Source: Bacteroidales bacterium
GTDB lineage: Bacteria; Bacteroidota; Bacteroidia; Bacteroidales; G3-4614
Length of the DNA: 64,000 nucleotides
Assembly: GCA_017521245.1 (NCBI GenBank)
Contig: JAFXDI010000023.1
Coordinates: forward strand, 1,614-65,613
Reading direction: 5' to 3'
The notes under the pieces were generated by a model. The model had not been told where the DNA came from, made no database searches, and worked only from the letters and a program-made list of their open reading frames with translations. Both the position numbers and the translations under genes were made by a program. Of the stretch, positions 10,921-18,788 are shown piece by piece. How positions within the stretch are numbered: position 1 is the stretch's first letter; every line of letters starts with the position of its first letter.

Positions 10921-10961
10921 TAGAAAATAAGCGATGTCAAGTTTTTTTGACATCGCTTATT
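10921..10961 (-). terminator. rho-independent terminator after the tandem-CotH gene
   Basis: Perfect 15-bp stem AATAAGCGATGTCAA (10926-10940) / TTGACATCGCTTATT (10947-10961), followed on the minus strand by TTCTATATAAAT. Confidence 0.75.
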
Positions 10962-10985
10962 GATTGTTAGTTTTATAGAAAAATT

Positions 10986-13900
10986 CTACAAAGCGTTTAT
11001 TGCACTATCTAATGCTATTATACGATTGTCTATTGCCTGTTTCATCCTCTCAACTGCTGAATCAAAATCCATTAACTCATCGCCATTAGGATAGTTGTGG
11101 CGCGAATCTATTGGCCACATTTCATGGTTTACCGCCTCCGACTCACGAATTAAATCGGCTTGTTCATCAATGAATGTATCAATATTTTCAAATATGGGTT
11201 TTATCTCTGCCCAACGTGCTTTTATGGCTGTTCGGAACTCAGCAGAGTTCATTAACTGTCCATACCATAGAGAGTTTGTTAGCAACAATCCTGTTTTGTT
11301 TGGATCAAATGTTCCCCAGTCAAAATCCCAGATAGGTCCTGCACACAACTTACCTCCGGCATCTTTATACATATAGCAACTTTTGGGATGCTTGGGCTCT
11401 TCGTTTGAAGTAACCTCATGTATCAACAAATAATCGATATAGGTTGAGTAATCAATTTTGCTGAATACGGTCTCAAAATCATTATCTACAAGAGCATTCT
11501 CAACATCTCCTATATAGTTGTCAATATATGTAAAATATGGATGTGTCCACTCTGTTATTATCTCCTCATCGGGATCTTTTATAGTTACAGGGTAGCCATA
11601 GACTTGCGACATAAAATAGTTTATCTCTGCTTGATAGTTGGTGTCAAATTCCAATAGATAACCTCCATCTTCGCCTGTTGCTGTACCATCCTCAAACTCG
11701 GTGATATTTACTCTGTTTTTGTCAATCTTTATCTGCTCACACAGGTAGTAGTTTCCTTGATGAGAACCATTTAAATAGAACTCCACAAACTCACCTCTTG
11801 GTGCCCAATCCATTATCTGACGTGCCATCTCAAATGCTACTGCATTACGCATTAGGGTGCGGTCCATCCAGTTTGCCAACAATACCCAACGTTTATGTTT
11901 TGGCATACCTAAAACCTCTGCTTTACTATCAAGTTTAATGGCGTATGGCTTTTTAGGGTAGTTCCATGTTGAGTTTCCACGTCCTCGGAAGTTAGTTGTG
12001 GTATTCATAACCTCCTCGCCAAATTCATCTTCAATGCGGATTATGCACTCCTCTGTCCACACATCTTTACTTGTAATTGCTACTCCATTAGGTGTTTCAA
12101 CATATACTTTTGGAAGAGTTTTTTTTATCTCTTTAAAGTTGGCTTTCACCTCTGTTGTTGAAGTTACGACCAACTCCATAGGATTTTCGTTTCCAGCATC
12201 TGCGCCGTCAATAGTCCAATTTACAAATTTGCAACCCTCCGCCGGTGTTGCTGTAAGGGTAACTGTATCATTTGCATTTACTGTTGTTTTAGAAACCGAT
12301 ACCGTTCCCAATGTGCTGTTTGAAGATGTGGCTAATACTGAATATAGTGTCTCTGTCATCTCAAATTGAGAGTCAAGGTATGCAATACGATCTCGTACAT
12401 ACTCTTTTAGGAATTCAACCTCTGCCTCGTACGAGCCACGTGCTGCAAGTTCGTTGTAAACTATTGTATTTAATATATTCCAAACCTCAAAGTTATTCTT
12501 TTGCGAAGCATCAAGATAGGAGGCAGTAGTTGTGATATAGTTTGTCATAAATGCCTCTAATCCTGCGGCTCTCAACTCTGCCCAACGTGTTTTTACTGCC
12601 GATACAAAACCAGCATCTTGCCACCAACGAGAAATCCACGTTTTGGGTTCGTGTGCGTATGTTCGCATCATAAGGGTTGTTGCATCGCCCAAACGATTAT
12701 CGTTGTTGAAGGCTATATCAAAGTCCCATAGTGGTCCAAATTTAAATACGTCATCTCGCTCTTTATACATATAGGTACTCCACCATGCGTCAGAGTTTCC
12801 GAATAATTCACATGCTATGTACCAATCTACCATTGAGGCTTCATCTATGTATTTTCGCCATCCTAATTCTGCATCGGTAAAGTTGGTGCTGAACAGTGCA
12901 TCCTCCATCTGTTGGGTGTAGTTACTAATATAGTAACTTTGGTCAGAGTTTATCTCATCATCTTTGGGGTATTTAATTGTTACCTTCATTCCTCGTGTGG
13001 TTTGGAACCATGAGATTTCACTATCGGCAAAGCCGTCAACTTCAATTAGGTATCCGCCTGTTATTTCTGCATCACTCATTGTGGTTGTGGTCTCTTGCTC
13101 AGTTACTGGTACACGTTTTTTCTTTACCTCTACTTGGTCGGTTAGCATATAACTTCCCAAATTCTCACCATTCAACACTACATCAACAAATGTTACCGAT
13201 GGGGTAAAACCAAAGTTCATCATATTTCGTGCGGTCTCAAAGGCAAGGGCGTTACGCATTAGTGTTTTATCAGCATAGTTGGCTAACAATACCCAGTTTT
13301 TCTCTTTGGCTTCGTTACCCAAGAATTTGATTTTTTCATCAAATTTCAAGCGGTATGGTTTCTTTGCCATTCCCCATGTTGAGTTTCCTCGTCCTTTTAT
13401 CTCAGTGAGAACCTCTGTTATATTATCCTCTTCATTCTCTGCTCCACGTACTGTTACGTATGCGTTTACATAATCTTCTTTACTTGTTACTCCTACTCCA
13501 CCCTCTGTATTGATATAGATTGTGGGAACGGTTGTGAGTTGAGAGTACATATCTGTAAAGGTTGCTACATACTCAGCGTTACCTCTTGCTGTTATAGTGT
13601 AGGGATTTTCGGTTGATACTACCTCGCCATTTAGTGACCAACTCTCAAATTGAAAACCTGCATTGGCTGTTGCGGTAAGTGTTACTTCCGTTCCTTCAAG
13701 AGGATTTGGATTAGATACTTCAACACTTCCTCCTTTAGCAACTGTTGCTGATACGGTTACGGTCTCTGCTTGACGGAAACATACCTCAATCTCTGTGTTG
13801 GCAGATATAGTTGCTACGTAAGGGTTATCTGTTGATATTTGCAATCCGTTTATTTTCCAACACTCAAATACATATCCTGCATTGGCTGTTGCCAACAAGG

Positions 13901-14939
13901 TTGCTTTGTCAACGTTTTCATCTACAACTGATGCTGTTCCTGCCAATTGAGGTGTTGATTTAAATGTTACATCGTATAATAAATCGGTTGCTCCAACCCG
14001 AAGCGTTAAATCACATACAACTCCACCATTGTTTTGTATTGAGTTTTTAGAGTCGGTTGAGCCACAAGGATCGAGCGATTCCCAGTCAATTTTAAAACGC
14101 ATACGATATTCGCCCGATTCGAGATTTTCAGGTAATGTCCACGATGGAATATTGTTTGCATATACTCCACATGAGTTTGAAACAACATTTCCTTTACTGT
14201 CAGTACCAACATTACTATCATCGGCAGAATAGAAGTTATAACTTACCAACTCTCCATCGTTGTTTCCGTAGGGATTTGATGTAGTATTAAAAACGCCATC
14301 TCTGTTATAGTCAATATATACAAATGCATGCATCCAAGCTCCTGTCCAATCCATTTCCGAGAAGTTTAGTGTCTCGCCCTGTTGGGTGTGTAGATAAAAT
14401 TCTGTTTTGTCTTTATATACTGCATCACGAGTTGAAGATTGGATATTTGAGAGTGATAAACTATTTGTTCCATCAGTAAGAGTAAATGAGTTCAACTGAC
14501 GACTACTTAACATAGTTCCTTCTGGAGTACAATATTGCAACTGACTCTCTTCAAAGTTTGCAACGTATGTTACCGCTCCGTTTACCACTACTGAGCAACT
14601 ATTGTTTGTTGAAACAACACTTCCATTAAGTGTCCAGTTTACAAATTGGTATCCACTATTTGCCACCGCTTTTAGGGTAATTGACTCTCCCTCTTTAAAG
14701 AGGTCTGATGTTGTTTTATCATTGATTAAGACATATCCTGCTTCAGAGTTGTTTGCAGTTACTCCAACTTGGTAAAGTGCAACCTTATCGAATTTTATAC
14801 TATCTACTTCAGAGATAAGATAACTATTTAATATCTCTCCATCTTTATAAATTTTTACAACTCGTTCATATTGCTGAGCAAGTATAACAGTTGCAAATGT
14901 TGCCAAAGCAACAATTAATGTGATAAATTTTGTTTTCAT
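10986..14939 (-). CDS. secreted multidomain protein with two CotH kinase-like modules, divergent InlB B-repeats and a GEVED-like domain
   Basis: The track ORF starts at a TTG (14990). I prefer ATG 14939 (MKTKFITLIVALATFATVILAQQ, a signal peptide). CotH hallmarks occur twice: RGNSTW..KKPY.LKF, LLAN..D.TLMRNA.AFE, GGYL.E, WDFD. No T9SS C-terminal domain at the C-terminus. Confidence 0.8.
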   Translation of the reverse strand: MKTKFITLIVALATFATVILAQQYERVVKIYKDGEILNSYLISEVDSIKFDKVALYQVGVTANNSEAGYVLINDKTTSDLFKEGESITLKAVANSGYQFVNWTLNGSVVSTNNSCSVVVNGAVTYVANFEESQLQYCTPEGTMLSSRQLNSFTLTDGTNSLSLSNIQSSTRDAVYKDKTEFYLHTQQGETLNFSEMDWTGAWMHAFVYIDYNRDGVFNTTSNPYGNNDGELVSYNFYSADDSNVGTDSKGNVVSNSCGVYANNIPSWTLPENLESGEYRMRFKIDWESLDPCGSTDSKNSIQNNGGVVCDLTLRVGATDLLYDVTFKSTPQLAGTASVVDENVDKATLLATANAGYVFECWKINGLQISTDNPYVATISANTEIEVCFRQAETVTVSATVAKGGSVEVSNPNPLEGTEVTLTATANAGFQFESWSLNGEVVSTENPYTITARGNAEYVATFTDMYSQLTTVPTIYINTEGGVGVTSKEDYVNAYVTVRGAENEEDNITEVLTEIKGRGNSTWGMAKKPYRLKFDEKIKFLGNEAKEKNWVLLANYADKTLMRNALAFETARNMMNFGFTPSVTFVDVVLNGENLGSYMLTDQVEVKKKRVPVTEQETTTTMSDAEITGGYLIEVDGFADSEISWFQTTRGMKVTIKYPKDDEINSDQSYYISNYTQQMEDALFSTNFTDAELGWRKYIDEASMVDWYIACELFGNSDAWWSTYMYKERDDVFKFGPLWDFDIAFNNDNRLGDATTLMMRTYAHEPKTWISRWWQDAGFVSAVKTRWAELRAAGLEAFMTNYITTTASYLDASQKNNFEVWNILNTIVYNELAARGSYEAEVEFLKEYVRDRIAYLDSQFEMTETLYSVLATSSNSTLGTVSVSKTTVNANDTVTLTATPAEGCKFVNWTIDGADAGNENPMELVVTSTTEVKANFKEIKKTLPKVYVETPNGVAITSKDVWTEECIIRIEDEFGEEVMNTTTNFRGRGNSTWNYPKKPYAIKLDSKAEVLGMPKHKRWVLLANWMDRTLMRNAVAFEMARQIMDWAPRGEFVEFYLNGSHQGNYYLCEQIKIDKNRVNITEFEDGTATGEDGGYLLEFDTNYQAEINYFMSQVYGYPVTIKDPDEEIITEWTHPYFTYIDNYIGDVENALVDNDFETVFSKIDYSTYIDYLLIHEVTSNEEPKHPKSCYMYKDAGGKLCAGPIWDFDWGTFDPNKTGLLLTNSLWYGQLMNSAEFRTAIKARWAEIKPIFENIDTFIDEQADLIRESEAVNHEMWPIDSRHNYPNGDELMDFDSAVERMKQAIDNRIIALDSAINAL
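10989..12125 (-). other. CotH module 2 (approximate domain bounds)
   Basis: LPKVYVETPNG...RGRGNSTWNYPKKPYAIKL...LLANWMDRTLMRNAVAFE...GGYLLEFD...GPIWDFDWGTFD. Confidence 0.65.
12360..13535 (-). other. CotH module 1 (approximate domain bounds)
   Basis: TVPTIYINTEGG...KGRGNSTWGMAKKPYRLKF...LLANYADKTLMRNALAFE...GGYLIEVDG...GPLWDFDIAFNND. Confidence 0.65.
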
Positions 14940-15108
14940 ATTTCTTTTTTTGAGTTGTTTGTTGTTAGAGTCTTTATTTGCTAAAAACAAAGGTACTAAG
15001 TACCGTACAACTAAAAACTAACAAATCTGCGATTAAGCAAGAGCAGAAGCATACTTGTTTGAGTTATGCCAAGCGGTAAGCAGATTCAACAAACGAATGT
15101 TTGTTAAC

Positions 15109-15609
15109 TTATTTTAAAATCTTCTCTGTTACTATTTGCCCGTTTGCTTGTACTACTACAACATATATACCTCTTGGATATGCACTTATATTGTACGACA
15201 CACTATTTTCATTGGGTATTTGTGCCATCATTTGCACTCCTTGCATATTATATACCTGCACCATTGATATTGGCTCTGGGGCTACAATTTGCAGTTCTTC
15301 TACTCCTGACAGATATTTTATCTCTATCTCTGCACTCTCAATTTCGTTCTCCTCTATTGAAGTTATATCAGTATCTCCAAAGGTTATAACTTCAATATCA
15401 TCAATTAGCATTGGGCTTGCAACACCTTTCATAGTTAATAGAACTTCATCTTCTGAAGGAAAGGTAATTTTATCTATCTCATCAATAGATATTGAGGTTG
15501 CCTTGCCTGTTGAATTTAGATAGATATTCATATAACTATCCTCCGATGCTATTACTGATAAAGTAATTGTCATCATCATTGTTGTTATTAAAATTTTTAA
15601 TCTCTTCAT
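15109..15609 (-). CDS. small T9SS C-terminal-sorting-domain protein (166 aa)
   Basis: Signal peptide, then ~70 aa of short beta-type modules, then a CTD-like tail (MVQVYNMQGVQMM...YPRGIYVVVVQANGQIVTEKILK). The fully overlapping plus-strand ORF 15101-15523 is rejected. Confidence 0.7.
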   Translation of the reverse strand: MKRLKILITTMMMTITLSVIASEDSYMNIYLNSTGKATSISIDEIDKITFPSEDEVLLTMKGVASPMLIDDIEVITFGDTDITSIEENEIESAEIEIKYLSGVEELQIVAPEPISMVQVYNMQGVQMMAQIPNENSVSYNISAYPRGIYVVVVQANGQIVTEKILK

Positions 15610-15632
15610 AATATATAGAATTTATCAATTTA

Positions 15633-16925
15633 CTAAAACATTACCGATGTTGATACTCCTGTAAAAAGTTCGTGCTGCATCTGTTGTGGTGCAAGTCGTG
15701 ATGAAGATAGGAGATTGTAATCGCAGTCTAATGAGAATCGCATATTCTCTGTTGCAAGATATGAAAGCGAAACTCCCGTTACAAAGCCAAAACTTCCGTC
15801 ATTTTTTTCGATACCTCGCTCTTGCCACGATGCACAACCTGAATAGAAGTTATAACCAAATAGAGTTTTTGAGCCTATTGCCCATCGTGATGAGAGTTGT
15901 GTTTCGTAATATGCTCCTACATATAGCGACAACTCTCCCATCCAATCTTCCATTATCTCTTCATTAACCGCAAACATATTATTGCTTACGGCAACTCTTC
16001 CTCCTACTCCGATGTTTTTGTGAGGGAAATATACCCCCTCAAAACCTACACGATTGCCAACCTTAATATCAATCTTTTCACCATTTGAGGCTGTATAGTT
16101 GCCAAACACTGTTGACACCCCTATCATTGAGGAGAAACGAGAAGGTTTTCTGCCATACTCCCATTTTGGGGGTACTGCTTTATATAGCAACCCCTTATCT
16201 TTGAATATAAGATCGGCAAAATAGTATCCAAGTTCGGCCGATACTATTCCTATCCCTGCTCCTACAAAAAGGTCGCTTACCCAATGTTCAGAATTAAATT
16301 GACGTCCCATTGCGGTAAGTGATGCTACTGTATATGATGCAACTGGTATCCATGGCGAAAGATGGCCATACTCTTTATTTAAAAGTGTAGCTGACATAAA
16401 TGCTGTTGCTGTGTGTCCTGATGGAAACGAATGGTTATCCTCTCCGTTTGGGCGAGGAGAGTCTATTGTATGTTTTAATAACTCAACCGAGCCTACCATA
16501 AGAGCAACAGAGAAGAGATCGGATGTTATCATTCTGCCCCACGATGAACGACCTTTTACCCCTGCCACCTTCATTATATATTTAGTTGCAATGGAAAGGT
16601 ATTGGATGTAATCATCAAATGGGCATTTTGTTCCTCGTGTTTTGGTCATTTGGTATGTTGCAAAACGATTATCTTCGGGCTTAGTTGCCACACCTGCCAC
16701 TACCATTGGGAGCGCTAATGCTGTTATCTCAAATGCTTTTGATGATGTGATATGGTCAAATTTTGTAACTTCATAGATATTTAAACTCTCTTTCTCCTCT
16801 CCATCTTTTGGAATGGTTGATAATTCTTGAGGAGTTGTGTAGATTGTTATTCTGTTTAATGCACACAGAGGAGTTGCTTCTATAAAAAGCAATAGCAAAA
16901 ATATTAAAATAGATACCCCTCTCAT
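15633..16925 (-). CDS. PAP2-family phosphatase fused to a C-terminal beta-barrel-like domain
   Basis: All three PAP2 motifs are present: KHTIDSPRP, PSGH, SEHWVSD. The C-terminal ~180 aa has alternating hydrophobic beta-strand patterning and ends in ...GVSTSVMF (terminal Phe, as in outer-membrane barrels). Confidence 0.75.
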   Translation of the reverse strand: MRGVSILIFLLLLFIEATPLCALNRITIYTTPQELSTIPKDGEEKESLNIYEVTKFDHITSSKAFEITALALPMVVAGVATKPEDNRFATYQMTKTRGTKCPFDDYIQYLSIATKYIMKVAGVKGRSSWGRMITSDLFSVALMVGSVELLKHTIDSPRPNGEDNHSFPSGHTATAFMSATLLNKEYGHLSPWIPVASYTVASLTAMGRQFNSEHWVSDLFVGAGIGIVSAELGYYFADLIFKDKGLLYKAVPPKWEYGRKPSRFSSMIGVSTVFGNYTASNGEKIDIKVGNRVGFEGVYFPHKNIGVGGRVAVSNNMFAVNEEIMEDWMGELSLYVGAYYETQLSSRWAIGSKTLFGYNFYSGCASWQERGIEKNDGSFGFVTGVSLSYLATENMRFSLDCDYNLLSSSRLAPQQMQHELFTGVSTSVMF

Positions 16926-16945
16926 TAAACCTTATATTTGACACC

Positions 16946-16976
16946 CAAATATAATTATTTATATTTGACCTACAAA
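16946..16976 (-). promoter_or_regulatory. Bacteroides-type promoter upstream of the PAP2 gene
   Basis: On the minus strand: TTTG (16976-16973), 19-nt spacer, TATATTTG (16953-16946). Lies about 20 nt upstream of ATG 16925. Confidence 0.55.
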
Positions 16977-17037
16977 TAAATCATATATAGTTTATTATCC
17001 TTTAATAGGAAATAGAACTATTTTTTAACAGAAGGAA

Positions 17038-17313
17038 CTATTTACTCTCTTTTTTTAACGGAGATAGTTGTTGTTCGTTGGGTGTATATACCTTTTTTGT
17101 TTTCTTTCGGGGTGTTCGTTTTTTTTCTTTGACGGTATCCGTTGGGACAACTCTATTTTTGAACTCCTCTATCTCTGTTCTATAATCTTTTGCGACAACT
17201 TCACTTTCTCTCTTAGAGTAAAACTTCACTGCCAATAGCAACGCTATGATAATTGTTAATGCTATTGCCGCTATACGCTCTGCCTTTGTAAAGTTCCAGA
17301 ATTTGTCCGACAT
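17038..17313 (-). CDS. single-pass membrane protein with lysine-rich tail (hypothetical, ~91 aa)
   Basis: I prefer ATG 17313 (MSDKFWNFTKAERIAAIALTIIIALLLAV...), 4 nt after the TAG of the upstream transporter. The track start 17334 would overlap that gene. Confidence 0.45.
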   Translation of the reverse strand: MSDKFWNFTKAERIAAIALTIIIALLLAVKFYSKRESEVVAKDYRTEIEEFKNRVVPTDTVKEKKRTPRKKTKKVYTPNEQQLSPLKKESK

Positions 17314-17317
17314 ACAC

Positions 17318-18664
17318 CTATATTTTAAACACACCTGTTAATGAAAGGAATATGAATATTATAGCAATAGGAGCTATAAATTTTATACTAAAGAGTATTA
17401 GTTTATATATTAGTGATGGATGTTTTCCTCCGCCCAACTCAGCAAGAAAATCTCTCTTCTTCATTACCCATCCTACATATATTGCCAACAAAAATCCTCC
17501 TATGGGAAGCAATATATTTGCTGAGAAGTAATCAGATAGTTCAAAGAAATTCATATCGAATAGTTTTATTTCTCTTAGTAAACTAAACGATAGTGATGAT
17601 AACACACTCAACACGGCTACAATAAAAAGTATTACTATTGATGCTTTTTTACGTCCAACTTTAAATTCTTCTGATATATATGCTATTGCTACCTCAAGTA
17701 GTGATATAGTTGATGTTAATGCCGCCACCGCAGCAAAGATAAAGAACAATACTGCCCACAGGTCTGGCATAAACATCTGCTTAAACACATTGGGCAGGGT
17801 TACAAATATTAAATCAGGGCCTTGAGTTGGACTTATTCCAAACGATGCCATAATTGGGAATATCATAACCCCTGCGAGTATAGCAACTAACATATCCAAT
17901 AGAGCAACTGTTAATCCTGTTTTGGGCAATGATACGTTTCGTTTAAAATAGGAGCCGTATGTTATTAGTATTCCAAGACCTATACTTAACGAGAAGAATG
18001 CCTGTCCCATCGCAGCCAACACCACTCCTCCGTCTATTTTAGAGAAATCGGGATTGAAAAGATAGTTTAATCCCTTTGCTGCGCCCGGTAATGTGAGCGC
18101 ATACCCACAAAATACAAGCAATATCAAAAATAGTAGTGGCATCATTATATTTGATGCTTTCTCTATACCCTTAGTTACTCCTCGCGATATAATCAGATAG
18201 TTTATAACAAGTAATGCTCCCATCCAAACAAGAGGTCTCCATATATTGGTTTTAAAAGCATTAAAACTATCTGATATCTCAGTTGCCGACAATGCAAAAA
18301 GTTCCCCTTTAAATGCTTGATAGACATACTCAACTACCCACCCTGCAATAACCATATAGTAACCAAGTATGAGTGTTGAGGCAAGAATACCTATATACCC
18401 TATAACGTGCCATTGCGACTTTGGTGCCAATACTTTTAATGCTCCCGCTGCATTGGTACGAGATTTACGTCCAATTGCAAACTCGGCACACATTAGGGGT
18501 ATTCCTAATACCAAAACACAACATATATATACCACAAGAAAGGCTCCTCCTCCATTCTCAGCTGTCATATAGGGAAATCGCCATATATTACCTAACCCAA
18601 CAGCTGATCCTACTGTTGCCGCTATAACTCCTATTTTTGTCGCAAATTGCGCTCTTTCGCTCAT
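17318..18664 (-). CDS. sodium-dependent transporter, neurotransmitter:sodium symporter (SNF) family
   Basis: 448 aa, about 11-12 TM segments, signature GLGNIWRFPY near the N-terminus. Confidence 0.9.
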   Translation of the reverse strand: MSERAQFATKIGVIAATVGSAVGLGNIWRFPYMTAENGGGAFLVVYICCVLVLGIPLMCAEFAIGRKSRTNAAGALKVLAPKSQWHVIGYIGILASTLILGYYMVIAGWVVEYVYQAFKGELFALSATEISDSFNAFKTNIWRPLVWMGALLVINYLIISRGVTKGIEKASNIMMPLLFLILLVFCGYALTLPGAAKGLNYLFNPDFSKIDGGVVLAAMGQAFFSLSIGLGILITYGSYFKRNVSLPKTGLTVALLDMLVAILAGVMIFPIMASFGISPTQGPDLIFVTLPNVFKQMFMPDLWAVLFFIFAAVAALTSTISLLEVAIAYISEEFKVGRKKASIVILFIVAVLSVLSSLSFSLLREIKLFDMNFFELSDYFSANILLPIGGFLLAIYVGWVMKKRDFLAELGGGKHPSLIYKLILFSIKFIAPIAIIFIFLSLTGVFKI

Positions 18665-18788
18665 ATTTTTTTATTTTACTAACGGCAAAGTTAATTATTT
18701 TAAGTTATAAACACAATTGTATTATATATATTTAATTAGGGAATAAAATAGGAGAAAGAGTTTTAGACTTTTATTGTATATTCTACTA

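Noticed and set aside
14940-14990. Longer N-terminal extensions offered by the ORF track: TTG at 14990 for the CotH gene, TTG at 48722 for leuS, ATG at 19553 for the DUF1349 gene, ATG at 17334 for the mini protein, and TTG at 43116.
   Set aside because: In each case an internal ATG gives a canonical N-terminus (a signal peptide, or the conserved LeuRS start MEYNFREIE). The extensions use non-ATG starts or overlap the upstream gene.
14992-15004. Palindrome GGTACTAAGTACC upstream of the CotH gene, as an operator or RNA hairpin.
   Set aside because: It cannot form a hairpin because the loop would be 1 nt. It overlaps a lone -7-like box, and there is no second copy or cognate regulator nearby. 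The evidence is insufficient to call a regulatory site.
15101-15523. 140-aa plus-strand ORF fully overlapping the 166-aa minus-strand gene, plus dozens of similar 60-145-aa antisense ORFs inside alaS, speA, gadB, the CotH gene, secDF, leuS, the sialidase gene, iorA and others.
   Set aside because: Each lies antisense to, or out of frame within, a long ORF with clear family motifs. Their translations are low-complexity or hydrophobic without motifs, and the minus-strand reading at 15109-15609 has a recognisable signal peptide and T9SS CTD.
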